A DNA stretch of 63,292 nt, filler included, from Chiloscyllium plagiosum (lineage: Eukaryota): NCBI RefSeq assembly GCF_004010195.1. It is 4 parts of one record of this genome, joined end to end, with 100 filler letters (N's around TTAATTAATTAA, not from the genome) between each part and the next. Parts side by side here need not be neighbours in the genome. Positions count along the whole stretch, not along the records: positions 1 to 18,170 come from NC_057714.1; 3 more parts are not named here. One strand, written 5' to 3'. Shown one piece after another: positions 1-13,106 of the stretch; the first letter of the stretch is position 1; every line of letters starts with the position of its first letter. The position numbers and the translations under genes are program-made. Below the pieces are notes generated by a model. The model was not told the DNA's origin. It worked only from the letters and a program-made list of their open reading frames with translations, and did not search any database.

Positions 1-600
1 GTGCCTACCTCTCTCACCCTTCCTGGAGTTAACCCATCTATGTGACTGTATCTGAGACTTTCCCCCCCTTCCTATAACTGCCATCCATCACATACTGTTG
101 CTGTTGCAAATTCCTCATCGCTTCTATCGGTCTCTCCAAACAATCCACTCGATCTGATAAGATTCGCATCCAACAGCATTTATGGCAGATATAATCCGTA
201 GTAACCCTTAAACTCTCTTTAAACTCCCACATCTGACAAGAAGTACATATCACTGCAAAGGCCATTTTTGCTCCTTCACAATCTACAGTCTCAGAAAGTA
301 ACACCGTCTTATTCCTCTACAAACACTGCCCCAGGTTAAATTAAGAGGCATGGCTTATATTTTAAGTTTAATCAAGAGACTTATCTCCAAAAACATATAA
401 TCAAGAAAGAATCCACTAAACTCACTACTGCAGCCTTTCTCTTGGATTTAAAACAACAATTAACTTATCTGATTCTGTGCTGTGAACTTTGCCCAACAGA
501 TCCTCCAAGATTAGTTGTGAATTTCACTGTTGTTAATTTTCCCAGAAGCACTCCGATGTCCAGCGATACACAAATTCAAACAGCAAACGTCTTGAAGCAC
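1..600 (-). mobile_element. CR1 LINE 5' UTR and ORF1 N-terminus (zinc-finger/coiled-coil region)
   Basis: ORF 38-304 contains CTSCQMWE...YICHKC followed by a heptad-like region; homologous to the plus-strand copy starting near 55375. Confidence 0.8.
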
Positions 601-984
601 AGTCTATTTTCTTCCTCTGCCATTTTTAATCCTCCCTCGATATAAATGCAATGACTTTCTTGTTAAGGTATAATCCCTCAGGGTGCTCCTGTACCATGCC
701 CAACCAGTTGTTCTTCTGGCCGGGAGAGTCTTTACAACAGAACGGAATTTTACTCCTCATGCTGAGAGGCTCTCAGGAGAGGGAGGAGGACTGATTTGGC
801 CCATTTAAATCTGGAACCTTTCTGGTTAGGCTACACGTAGAAGCTTTTTAATCAAAGAAAGGAAATATAATTGAGGTGATGTTATAAGAACATGGCTAAA
901 ATAAATAAGCTTTAGTTCCCAGTCTGATCTCACAGGGGAGATAGTGAAAGAATGTTCTTGATAGGAAATGGGAATGAACCATCC

Positions 985-1385
985 CTTTCTATTCTGAGTC
1001 TTTACTCTCTGGAATTTGGAAGAATGAGGGGAGATCAAATTGCGGTATTCAAGGTGAAAAAAGATGCAGATAAAATAGACGTGGAGCGGATGCTTCCTCT
1101 TGTGGGGCATTCTAGGGCGAGAGATCAAAACAGAGTTGAGGAGAAATTACTTCTCCCAAAGGGTTGTGAATCTGTGGAATTCTTTACCCCAAAGTGCGGT
1201 GGGTGCTGGAAGAGTGAGTAAATTTGAGGAGGAATCAGACAGATTTTTAATTGGAAATGGGTTGAAGGGATACAGGAGAAAGTGGGAAAATGGGGATGAG
1301 GAGCATATAAACCATGATTGAATGGCGACACAGACCTGATGGGCCAAATGGCCTAATTCTGCTCCTATATCTTATGAGCTTTTGT
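985..1385 (+). mobile_element. CR1 3' end fragment
   Basis: LYSLEFGRMRGDQI and RRNYFSQRVVNLWNSLP motifs plus a CR1-type 3' UTR. Confidence 0.8.
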
Positions 1386-1609
1386 AAGCACCTTTAACCA
1401 ATTTAACCAAAATGAGACGACACAAACTCATCTTTTAGGGAAGAAGCTGGAAGTTAACTTCTCAGGCCTAATGGGACAAGGCTGGGAAGGACAGGGGGGA
1501 GGATGTGATATAACGGCTGGCATCTCTCCACAGGTGATAAGCTAAAAACTCCACTCCAGAATATGAGCAACAACAGGTTTTACTCTCCTCATACTCCTGA
1601 CTATGATCA

Positions 1610-1780
<171 letters not shown>

Positions 1781-2030
1781 TCAGCAAGCAGCTTCCACCA
1801 CAAGCCTCTCTTTGTCTTTGTTCTATGCTTTTAGTCATCTTGTAATCAACTGACTCATTCCCCCAAATGAAGGAGAGCCACGACTTTCTGCAATATCATC
1901 AACAAGACACTAATGAGGCCAACTGGCCAGTGCAGAACTGGAAACTAGCAAATAGGACAACTGCCGCACGTTGGGAGAAATTTCCATTCATTAGCAGATA
2001 AAGGTGTATAATATTTTATTATCATTGGGT

Positions 2031-2339
2031 AGATTAATATAGATTACTTACAGTATGGAAACAGGCCCTTCGGCCCAACAAGTCCACACAGACCCGCCAA
2101 AGTGCACCCACTCAGACCCATTCCCCTACACCTAACACTACGGGCAATTTAGCATGGTCAATCCACCTGACCTGCACATTTTTGGACTGTGGGAGGAAAC
2201 CGGAGCACCTGGAGGAAATCCACGCAGACACGGGGAGAATGTGCAAACTCCACACAGTCAGTCGCCTGAGGCGGGAATTGAACCCAGGTCTCTGGCGCTG
2301 TGAGGCAGCAGTGCTAACCACTGTGCCACCGTGCTGCCC
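2031..2339 (-). mobile_element. tRNA-derived V-SINE (HE1-like), near full length
   Basis: Minus-strand A box GGTGGCACAGTGG, B box GGTTCAATTCC, V-domain text gtgtggagtttgcacattctccccgtgtctgcgtgg, and a taatcta-type tail. Confidence 0.85.
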
Positions 2340-2511
2340 ATTTTTTTTGGATTGGATTGGATTTTGAAGTAGAGCATTATAAAGTTGGGTTTTGGGATTT
2401 AATTAAGAACAGGACTTGTTTGTTTTGAGAAGTCAAAGTCATCTTACAACATAGAGTTCAACCATAATTTCCCAGAAAGCGTGCAACTTAAGTTAAATGA
2501 CTAGATAAACG

Positions 2512-2709
2512 ACAGGACGTCCCCAGGTCGCAAACAGGTTCTGCTCTGTGCACAAGTCAAAACATAATGTAGGACAATGTAAAGCAGCCATTCATATGTG
2601 CAGGAAATGTTTGTATGTTGGGTCTTTAAAATTACAACCATGTACAGGATCCTGTCCGTAAGTACAAGCCTTCACATGTCGGACATTTGTACACTGGGGT
2701 TTCCCTGCA
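2512..2709. mobile_element. Possible old Tigger/TcMar-type MITE
   Basis: Degenerate terminal inverted repeats acaggacgtccccaggtcgcaaa / tttgtacactggggtttccctgca around about 200 bp. Confidence 0.4.
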
Positions 2710-2850
2710 CTGGGGAGATAACTGATGAGATGTTTATCAACTAGAAGTTTTATGGCAGATAGAAAGACAAGCCAGGGACCAGTTGAGATTAACTATTTCA
2801 TATGAGCATAAGGGCTCTCCAATTAGCAGCTGTCCAGACTTTCAGAGCCA

Positions 2851-3168
2851 TAGAACATAGAACATAGAACATAGAAGAATACAGCGCAGTACAGGCCCTT
2901 GGGCCCTCGATGTTGCGCCGATCCAAGCCCACCTAAACTACACTAACCCACTATCCTCCATATACCTATCCAATGCCCTCTTAAATGCCCATAAAGAGGG
3001 AGAGTCCACCACTGTTACTGGCAGGGCATTCCATGAACTAACGACTCGCTGAGTGAACAACCTACCCCTAACATCAGTCCTATATCTACTCCCCCTTAAT
3101 TTAAAGCTATGCCCCCTTGTAATACCCGACTCAATACGCGGGAAAAGGTTCATACTGTCGACCCTATC
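2851..3168 (-). mobile_element. 5'-truncated CR1 3' end with (AGAACAT)n tail, flanked by an identical 84-bp direct repeat
   Basis: ORF 2938-3153 LFPRIESGITRGHSFKLRG...FTQRVVSSWNALP; flanks 2767-2850 and 3169-3252 are identical. Confidence 0.9.
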
Positions 3169-4403
3169 ACAAGCCAGGGACCAGTTGAGATTAACTATTT
3201 CATATGAGCATAAGGGCTCTCCAATTAGCAGCTGTCCAGACTTTCAGAGCCAGAAAGAAGTTTTAAAATAGCTTTAGCAGTTTAAATAGATGGAAAGTTT
3301 TATTAAAGTCCAGTTAGAAAAACTTAGTGAAGTAGATAAAGTCTGTGTATCTTGAGAGACAGCAATGGAGAGAATCACGTTTGGTGAATGCATAGACAGG
3401 TGCTGAAAGGAAGTGCTTGTGACCTCGTCACTAAGTAAGAAAGTAATACACCACTGGGGCTGACTGTCTCTAAAGGATATTGCTCGGACAATTGTTGATT
3501 TTTTCTTTTTGCTGTTTAATTTAAGACCTTGAGAAATTATTTTACATACATATTTCTTTATGTTTACTTTAATACTTAGTGAATGGTTAAATAAATGTGT
3601 GTCCTTTTGTTTAAAAAAGTAATGTTGGCAGTCTTATCATTCAGTTACTGATTGCCATGTGAAACAAAACTGCAAAAAATAAATTTTTGATCTATAAATT
3701 CAAGTTTTATTCTGAGCTCAGATTTGCCTAGTCATGCCTTTTGCTGGGACCATAACAAAGCCTTTGGCTCACTCTAATGTTGAGGGATTGAGGTGCCAAT
3801 TTACTGTCAACCCACTGGAATCTCACGAGTCAAACGTTAATCTCCAGAACTTTGCTGTGAACACTTAGTCAGTTAAAACATCCGAGGATCATTAAAAAAA
3901 TGTTTCTTTGTTTTGAAAATGTAATTTCTAATTGATATATTACTGGAGATTAGGAAGCGGTCATTAATAATTCAATTAAGAAAAGGAAAGTCTACTTATT
4001 TTTCAACTAGAGACAGAAGTTGCAAAGACACGGGCTGCATATACTGAGTGACCATTGATGGGGGGAACCTGAGCACAAGGAGGTTGGAACCTAACCATCA
4101 GCTAATGAAATGTCTCAGTATGCATCAAACCAATGTTATTAATCAACTAAAGAACACTTAATTACCCGATGAAGAGTTATGAGATGCTGGAAGTTATATA
4201 AGTGAGATAAATAGAAATTTATTTTAGTAGTTTGATTATGGCAGTAGATTGATAAATTGGGAGTCAATAACTCAATTATTTTTGGGAGTCAGACAAGTTC
4301 GATCTGTGGGCAGTCACCTTCACGGTCCATATTATTGACCATAAAATTCAACCCAATGAGAGACTGTTTTTTGTTTCCTTCATTTCTCTGCAGTCTTCAG
4401 TGA

Positions 4404-5240
4404 GGTGTGTGCATATAAGAGAGAGCATGTGTGTGTGACTGAGTGTCTGGGAGACACTTTGAGAGTATAAATGAGTGTGTGAGTCTGTATGTGAGAGGGT
4501 TCGTGGGAGTATGTGTGTGTGTGTGTGTNNNNNNNNNNNNNNNNNNNNNNNNNNNNNNNNNNNNNNNNNNNNNNNNNNNNNNNNNNNNNNNNNNNNNNNN
4601 NNNNNNNNNNNNNNNNNNNNNNNNNNNNNNNNNNNNNNNNNNNNNNNNNNNNNNNNNNNNNNNNNNNNNNNNNNNNNNNNNNNNNNNNNNNNNNNNNNNN
4701 NNNNNNNNNNNNNNNNNNNNNNNNNNNNNNNNNNNNNNNNNNNNNNNNNNNNNNNNNNNNNNNNNNNNNNNNNNNNNNNNNNNNNNNNNNNNNNNNNNNN
4801 NNNNNNNNNNNNNNNNNNNNNNNNNNNNNNNNNNNNNNNNNNNNNNNNNNNNNNNNNNNNNNNNNNNNNNNAGAAAGTGGTAAGGGCGTGGAATGTCCTA
4901 CCTGCTAATGTAGTCAACTCAGCCACATTAGGGAGATTTAAACTATCCTTAGATAGGGACATGGATGATGATGGGATAGTGTAGGGGGACAGGCTAAGAA
5001 TAGTTCACAGGTCGGTGCAACATCGAGGGCTGAAGGGCCTGTTCTGCGCTGTATTGTTCTATATTCTATGACAGAGTGTGTGTGTGTGTATATGTGTGAG
5101 AGAGAGTGTGTTTGAGAGTGTGTGTCTGTGTGTGAGAGTGAGAGGGGAGCTTGTATGTGTGTGAGTCTGTGAGAGAGTGGGCGTGCATGTGTGCACGCTT
5201 GTGAGAGAGACAGTGAGAGAGAAAGTGTGTGAGTGTGAGC
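4404..5240. repeat. (GT)n/(GA)n-rich tract interrupted by an N gap (4529-4871) and a CR1 3' end (4872-5068, +)
   Basis: Direct inspection; KVVRAWNVLPANVV CR1 motif follows the gap. Confidence 0.85.
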
Positions 5241-5534
5241 GTATTGACTTTGTTCAGGAATGCTGAAATTCAAACTTTACCCTGAACTGGCACTTTCCTT
5301 GACTTTCTCACCCAGGGTGGGAGTAAGTGAAACAGAGTGGGGTATATTTGTCCAATATCACACAAACGCATCACCATTGGTTTCCTCGCAGTGATACAAT
5401 GCAAAGAAAATCCTAATTTCATCACCTTGCTTGCACATATACATCAAGGATCAGGTAAATAGCTTGAAAAAAGGCCTATTGGAACCATGACTCTTGTAGT
5501 ACTCAATCATCTACAAACAATCCATTCCAATTGT

Positions 5535-5833
5535 GGATGGCACGGTGGTACAGTGGTTAGCACTGCTCCCTCACAGCGCCTGAGACCCGGGTTCAATTCC
5601 CGCCTCAGGCGACTCTCTGTGTGGAGTTTGCACATTCTCCCCGTGTCTGTGTGGGTTTCCACCGGGTGCTCCGGTTTCCTCCCACAGTCCAAAGATGTGC
5701 AGGTCAGGTGAATTGGCCATAGGTAATGGGTAAATGTAGGGGTGTGGGTGGGTTGCGCTTCGGCGGGTCGGTGTGGACTTGTTGGGCCGAAGGGCCTGTT
5801 TCCACACTGTAATGTGATCTAAATCTAATCTAA
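5535..5833 (+). mobile_element. HE1-like V-SINE
   Basis: A and B boxes, V domain and tctaatctaa tail; highly similar to 2031-2339. Confidence 0.85.
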
Positions 5834-6881
5834 TTGTATGAAGGGGATTGAGACTACCTATTATGCAGAAAACAGCACCATTCCAAATTCCTGAGACAGA
5901 GTTGTATTTATTTAGTAGATTCAGGTCATCAAATACATCAGAGAATTGTCTGTGAGGAATGTTTCATTGGAAAGGGCAGACACGGCGGGCAGTATATTGG
6001 GATCTCCTTCTCACTCCTCTCTCGATTGCTTCTAATCTCTGGGAAGTGTTAGTCAATTCCATTTATTTTCCAAAACTAATCAACGATGGGTTCTTGTGTT
6101 ACGGTTATACTGTCCCTACTTCTGAGCTAGGAGGTGCAGTTCAAGTCCCATCTACTCCAGAGGTGTACAATAACACCCCTGAACACGTTGATTAGAAATT
6201 ATGTAAACTAGTTAATATATTTCTTAAATTTAACCTACACCAATAGAAGAAAAACTGATGAAAGGAAGCTAATGTGGGGAGTATATAATCGCTTGGGTTA
6301 AATGGCCCATTCCTTTGCTGTAAAGGCAATATAAGGATTCATATCATTCATCAATATCAAATTAAGTTTTGTGATATTATTGAGAATGTAATGTATTGCT
6401 GCAGCTCTCCTTGGTGAGGGTCACTGCTCCCAATTGCCAGTCTATAACCCCTGCTGGAACTGTGAGAGAGGAGGACACTGAGATTGGCTTGGATAAGAAT
6501 GAGTCATTACAGACACTGGACTGCACAGATTAGGACCTGACTCTTGAAGGACATTTAGAACTGACAGGGATGTTGGAGTGGTGGCACTGTTAGTTAATGA
6601 TGAAAACAAATCACAACAGAGATCAATCGGATCAGATCAGAAGTGGTTTGGGTAAAAATGAGGAATGATAAAGGAAGAGTTCATTTGCTGAAGTGGTGTA
6701 CAGACTCTGTAACAGCAACCACACAGTAGGGTAAAGCATAAAGGAAGAAATAATGGAGGCATCTCAGAAATACACAGCAATAATCATGGGAATTATAAAC
6801 TGCATATCAATTGGAAAAGCCAGATGGCAAAAGTAGCCTAGATAAGTTGTTTATAGAATGTTTTGAGGCTAGCTTCTTGGA

Positions 6882-7303
6882 AGCCACAAAACGACATGAC
6901 CGTCTCTCACTAGTATCCTTACATACAGATAAGGAAGGATACCACTTCGACTGGGACAACATATCCAGCCTAGGACAAGCCAAACAGAGACACGCTGAGA
7001 ATTCCTAGAAGCATGGCATTCCAACCGGAACTCTATCAACAAACAAATCGAGTTAGACCCCATCTACCACCCCTTGAGAAAAACAACAGGAAATGATATC
7101 ACCACAGGAAATGACATCACCAACCCAAAGAACCTCAAACATAAATTGAAAGCAGGAATTATCAGCAATGCTTTGCCCGGAGGCCCACTGAAGATGTTAC
7201 CTAGTATGGTGAGGAAACGTCTGGAAATGAACCTTCCAGCTCAGTGAGCAAACCTACATCCAGAACCTTAACCTGAGCTACAAATCTTCTCAAAACTTGC
7301 TAA
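6882..7303 (+). mobile_element. Penelope-like element 3' fragment (GIY-YIG C-terminal region plus terminal repeat)
   Basis: HTDKEGYHFDWDN...LEAWHSNRNSINKQIELDPIYHPL resembles a Penelope endonuclease C-terminus; followed by a hammerhead-like core and the gagctacaaatcttctc terminus. Confidence 0.8.
7188..7221 (+). ncRNA. Minimal type-I hammerhead-like motif, family D, in a PLE 3' terminal repeat
   Basis: cca-CTGAAGA-T-GTTACC(TAGTAT)GGTGAG-GAAA-C-GTC-tgg: 3-bp stem I cca/tgg, stem II with a G-G mismatch at the core-proximal pair, ACGT palindromic stem III, GUC triplet. Confidence 0.65.
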
Positions 7304-9704
7304 TATCAGATCTGTATTGTGCAATGAGTGGCATTAATGAAATGAAGGGCAATTCTAAGTAGCAGTGATCATAATATGATTTAATTTTATATTCATTTTA
7401 GGGGAAGGAAGAGGGATGAGTCTAAGACATTTTTAAAAATGCAATTAAGAGTAATTATGAGGACTTATTATGAAATTTGAGTTGGCTCAACTGAATTGAC
7501 AAATTTGGTTAAATAGGTTAGTAGAGATACAGTGGCAGTTACTTAAGGAGATATTTCAGAATGCACAGAATAGATACATTCCAAAGAGTAAGAAAATTTC
7601 CGATGGACAGACCCATCATCAGTGATTAACCATAAGTATGAAAGATAATGTCAAACTTAAAAATAAAGCACTTCATTGCGCGAAGACAGGTGGCAAATCA
7701 GAAGATTAGGCAGAATATTAAAAAAAAACAAAGAATGACAAAAAATATTAATGAGGAGGAAAAAATTAGAGCATGGACGAAAGCTAGTCAGAAATATTAA
7801 AAAAAGGTAGTATGAGTTTCTGTAAATATTTTTAAAAAGAGGAGTTAACAAAGTGAACATAGGACTTGAGCCTGGAGAATCGGTAAGGGGAAATAAAGTA
7901 AAGTTGGATGAACTGAGGAGATATTTTGCATTGGTCTTCATTATAGAAGATATAAGTAACATTCAGAAGCAGCGCACAAGACCATTAGATATAGAAGCAG
8001 AATTAGGCCATTCAGCCCATCAAGTCTGCTCAGCCATTTGATAATGGTTGTTATGTTTTTCAACTCCATTGTCTTGCCTTCATCCCGTAACCATTGATTC
8101 CCATACTAGTCAAGAACCTATCTATCGATGTCTTAAATATTAACAATGTCATGGCTTCCACAGCCCTTGGCGACAATGAGTTCCACAGATTCCCCACCCA
8201 CTGGCTGACGAAATTCCTCCTCACCTCAGTTCTAAAGGGTTGTCCCTTCACTCTGTGGCTGTGCCTTCAGGTCCTAGTCTCTCCTACTGATGGAAACATC
8301 TTCTCCATGTCCACTCTATCCAAGCCTCTCTGTATTTTGTATGTTTCGATCTGAAATCCCCCTTCATCCTTTTAAACTCCATCAAGTACTGATGCAGAGT
8401 CCCTAACTGTTCCTCATATGATAAGCTCTTCACCACCAGGATCACTCTTTTAAACTCCTCTGGACCACCTCGAAGACCCGCACATCCTTCCTTAGATTTG
8501 GGGCCAAAAACTGCTCACATTATAAGCCAGGAATTGAAAGGAAAAGAGGAACATGGGAAATTATGATTAACAGACAAATGGTACTGATTAAATTGTTGGT
8601 GGAGACACTGACAAATGCCTGGGTCTTGATAAACCAAGGGTGTTAAAATAAGTGGCCAATGAGAAAGCTGATACGCTAGTTTTAATTTTCCAATTTTCCC
8701 TTTATTTGAGGAAGTTCCCATTAGATTGTAAGATAAAGAATATAACTCCTTTATTCAAAAGGGAAAGGACACAGAAAGCAGGAAACTACAGACCAGTTAC
8801 CTATCACCTATCTTGGAAAAATGTTAGAGGCTGTTACTAAAGACATTATAGTGAGATACTTAGAAAAGTTCAAGGTGATCAGGTAGAATCAACAGTGTTT
8901 TGTGAAGGGAAGTTCATGTTTAACCAATCTATTGGAGTGACTTGAGGAGGTAATGTGTGCTGCAGATTAAGAGGAAGCAGTTGATGTACTGTACTTAGAT
9001 TTCCAGAAGGTATTTGATAAAGTAGCACATCAAAGTGTACAGCAAAGACAAAAAGCTCATGGTGTAGCAAGTAGTACAATAGCACAGACAGAAGATCTTC
9101 CGGCAAACAGTGTGTGTAAGCATAAATGTGTTTTTTTCAACCTGGCAAAATGAAACGAGTGCGTGCGACAGGGATCAGTCCTGGGACTGCAAATATTTGT
9201 AATCTGTACAAATGACTTGAAAGAAGGGATAGATCGTTGTCAAATTTGCTAACGACACAAAATAAGTAGGAGTATCAGGTGTGAAGAAGACATTAATGAG
9301 GCAATAAAAGGGTATAGCCAGGTTAAGTGAGTGGACAAGGATCTGGCAAATTTTGTAAAGTGTGGCAAAGTGTGAAACTGTCCATTTTGGCAGGAATTAA
9401 AAAACATTTTATTTAAATAGGGAAAGATTTCAGAGCTCTGATTTGCAGACAGGTCGGGGTGTCCCAGTATATTTAATAAGATCATGATTGATCTGATTGT
9501 AACTTCAAATCCAAAGATAGAGAAAGTAATTAGTAAATCTAATAGGATATTATTGATTGAATCATTGATTACATAAGTTTATGGTTCAGTTTGACAGGTC
9601 TCATGCCTGGAATAATGCATTCTGGATTGATCACCTTATTTAAGGAAGGATGGAAATGCATTGGAAGCATTTTGGAAAGGTTTACTAGACTAATATCTGG
9701 AATA

Positions 9705-9912
9705 GGCGAAAGACAGGACTGCAGATGCTGGAGATTAGAGTTGAGAGTGTGGTGCTAGAAAAGCACAGCAGGTCAGGCAGCACCTGAGGAGCAGGAGAAT
9801 CAATGTTTTGGGCAAAAGCCCTTCATCAGACTGAAGGGCTTTTGCCCAAAACGTTGACTCTCCTGCTCCTCGGATGCTACCTGACCTGCTGTGCTTTTCC
9901 AGCACCACACTC
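9705..9912. mobile_element. Palindromic PLE terminal-repeat insert (family A) with 14-17 bp TSD
   Basis: gactaatatctggaata at 9688-9704 and 9913-9929; arms gtgtggtgctagaaaagcacagcaggtcagg / cctgacctgctgtgcttttccagcaccacac. Confidence 0.85.
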
Positions 9913-10572
9913 GACTAATATCTGGAATAAGTGGGCTGCCTTCTGAGGAAAGGCTTGCTATTACTGGTGTTTAAAAAAGAGACACCTTAACTGAAATATT
10001 TAAGATCAAGAAAGGTGTTCACAGGATATGTTCCCTCTTAGCACAATTAAGAACTGGAGTCACTGTTTAAAATTAAGGGTTGTCCATTTCAAACAGAGAT
10101 GAGGCAAACTTTGTTTTATTCCAGAGGGTTGAGTGTCTTTGGATTTCTCTTTTTCAACAAGGGGCGAGGAAGCAGAGTCCTTGAATATTTTAAGTCAGTG
10201 GGAGGTAGGTTCTTGTTCAGCAAGGGGGTGAAAGATTATCAGGGGTCATCACAAATGTGGATTTAAGGTCACAATCAGATCAGTCATGAGTTTATTAAAT
10301 GACCTAGCAGACGAAGGCTAACTGGCCAATTCCTGCTCCGGTTCATAAGTTCACATGCCTCTCAGACCTTTGACATTTGAGGTCTAGGTTCCCTAGGAGT
10401 AGTCTAGATCAGATTTGATATAGATTACCCACAAATGGTGGAACAACTCGAGGGACGTCATCTGCTCCTAAGTTCCACTTGGGTAACATATGAGAAGGCT
10501 CTTGGTGCAAATGAACTGTTTCCAAGGATTTACAATAACTCTTTGATTTCAATAATCAGTCAACAAGTGTTA

Positions 10573-10824
<252 letters not shown>

Positions 10825-11415
10825 CTATTTTCCATCTGAACACTTCCGTTTGCTGCAACAAGTACCAAGACAGGCTGCTTTTGGTCAACCATTTACTTTC
10901 AAATCACAATAGAATTATCAGAATGTACAGCACAGAAACTAGTCATTTCACTCAAACGCGTCGACAATGGTTTGTAGCCATGTCTCATTATATTTCAGTA
11001 GCCTATCAGCACATCCTTCTATTTCTTCCTCTCCCACATATACGTCTATGTTCCTCCTAAATGTATCTATGCTACTCATCTCATCTAATCCACGCGTCCT
11101 CAATGTTCTCTAGGTAAGCAGGTTTCTGCTGAATTCCTTAGCAGCTTTTTGAGTGAGTATCTTATGCTTATGACTGGCCGTCTTAAACATCCCATCACAG
11201 AATTGTCAGAGAGCAACAGGAGGCTATTCAGCCCAGTATGTCATCACTGGCATCTCTCGATATTCCCATTCTCCTAACTTCTCCCTGTAACCCTGCACAT
11301 TCTTCCTTTTCACACATCTAATTCTCTCTTGAATGCCTCAATTGAATCTGCCTTCACCACATCCTGAGGCAGTGCCCTCCCAAACTTAGACGTTTGCATC
11401 GTGAAGGAGCAGTAT

Positions 11416-12546
11416 TTATAAGGTTCCCCACAATAGGTTGTTGCACAAATTACAGAGGCATGGGACTGAGGGTGATTTAGTGGTTTGGATCAGAAATTGC
11501 CGAGCTGAAAGAAGCTGAAAGGTGGTGGTTGATGGAAAATATTCATCCTGGAGTTCAGTTACTTGTGATGTATCGCAAGAATCTGTTTTGGGTCCACTGT
11601 TGTTTGTCATTTGTATAATTGACCTGGATAATGGCATAGAAGGATGGGTTAGTAAATTTGCGGATGACACTAAGGTCAATCGAGTTGTGGATAGTGACGA
11701 AGGATGTTGTAGATTACAGAGGGACATAGTTAAGCAGCAGAGCTGGGCTGAGAGGTGGCAAATGGAATTTAATGTGGAAAAGAGTGACGTGATTCATTTT
11801 GGAACGAGTAACAGGAATAAAGAGTACTGGGCTAATGGTAAGATTCTTGGTAGTGTAGATGAGCAGAGAGATCTCGGTGTCCATGTACATAGATCCCTGA
11901 AAGTTGCCACCCAGGTTGATAGGGTTGTTAAGAAGGCATACGGTGTGTTAGCTTTTATTGGTAGAGAGATTGAATTTTGGAACCATGAGGTCATGCTGCA
12001 GCTGTACAAAACTCTGGTGTGGCCACACTTGGGAGTATTGTGTACAGTTCTGATCGCCGCATTATAGGAAGGATGTGGAAGCTTTGGAAAGGGTGCAGAG
12101 GAGATTTACCAGGATGTTGCCTGGTATGGAGGGAAGGTCTTATGAGGAAAGGCTGAGGGACTTGAGGCTGTTTTCATTAGAGAGAAGAAGGTTGAGAGGT
12201 GACTTGATTGAGACATATAAGATAATCAAAGGGTTAGATAAGGTGGACAGGAAGACCCTTTTTCCTCGGATGGTGATGGCCAGCATAAGGGGACATAGCT
12301 TTAAATTGAGGGGTGATTGATATAGGACAGATGTCAGAGGTGGTTTCTTTACTCAGAGAGGGGTGGGGTGTGGAACGCACTGCCTGCAACAGTAGTAGAC
12401 TTTCCAACTTTAAGAGCATTTAAATGGTCATTGGATAGGCATTTGGACGATATAGTCTAGGTTAGATGGGCTTCAGATTGGTTTCATACAGGGCAGAGCA
12501 ACATCGTGGGCTGAAGGGCCTGTACTGCACTGTTCCGTGTTCTATC
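11416..12546 (+). mobile_element. CR1 RT and 3' end
   Basis: [41 protein letters not shown] motifs. Confidence 0.9.
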
Positions 12547-13072
12547 TACTTCTCTCATAGAATCATATCACACGAAAACAGATCCTTTAGTCCAACCAGT
12601 CCACGCCGATCGTATTTCCAAACCAAATTAACTGTATCTGCATCTACCTCTTCATCTGGCAATTTATTTCACACACTAACCACACTCTGTGTAAAAAAAA
12701 GTTGCCCCTCATGTCCTTTTAAATTTTTCTCCTGTCATCTTAAAAATATGACCCTTAGTTTTGAACTCCACAATTTTAGGGAAAGGACCTTTGCTATTCA
12801 CCTTTATCTTTGCCCCTCATGATTTAATAAAGCTCTGTAAGGTTACACCTTAACCTCCTATGCTCCAGTGAAAATATCCCAGCCTATCCAACTCAAATAC
12901 TCCATTCCTAGCAACATTCTGAACATCCTTTTCTGAACCCTGTCCAGTTTAATAATATCCTTCCTATAACAGGGTGACTAGAAGTGTTTACAGTACAAAG
13001 TTTGGGAGAAGATTTGTAGCTCAGGTGCTCGTTGTTGTGGTTCTGTTCACCGAGCTGGGAATTTGTGTTGCA

Positions 13073-13106
13073 GATGTTTCGTCCCCTGTCCAGGTGACAT
13101 CCTCAG
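13073..13106 (-). ncRNA. Minimal type-I hammerhead-like motif, family C
   Basis: Minus strand gca-CTGAGGA-T-GTCACCT(GGAC)AGGGGAC-GAAA-C-ATC-tgc: stem I gca/tgc, 7-bp stem II with one mismatch; ACAT is probably CpG-decayed ACGT. Confidence 0.65.

Larger units (their letters stand above)
6480..10360 (+). mobile_element. Old degraded CR1 ORF2 hosting nested insertions (PLE 6882-7303, antisense CR1 about 7965-8520, PLE hairpin 9705-9912)
   Basis: Frameshifted endonuclease and RT motifs (ITPLFKR..QKAGNYRPV, YLDFQKVFDKV). Confidence 0.75.

Noticed and set aside
4348..4984. Long ORFs over N runs (also 43623-43927, 57615-58401)
   Set aside because: Length is inflated by assembly gaps.
5535..5610. 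tRNA genes at SINE heads (also near 2270-2339, 16391-16449, 31330-31400)
   Set aside because: A and B boxes continue into SINE body or tail; these are tRNA-derived heads, not tRNA genes.
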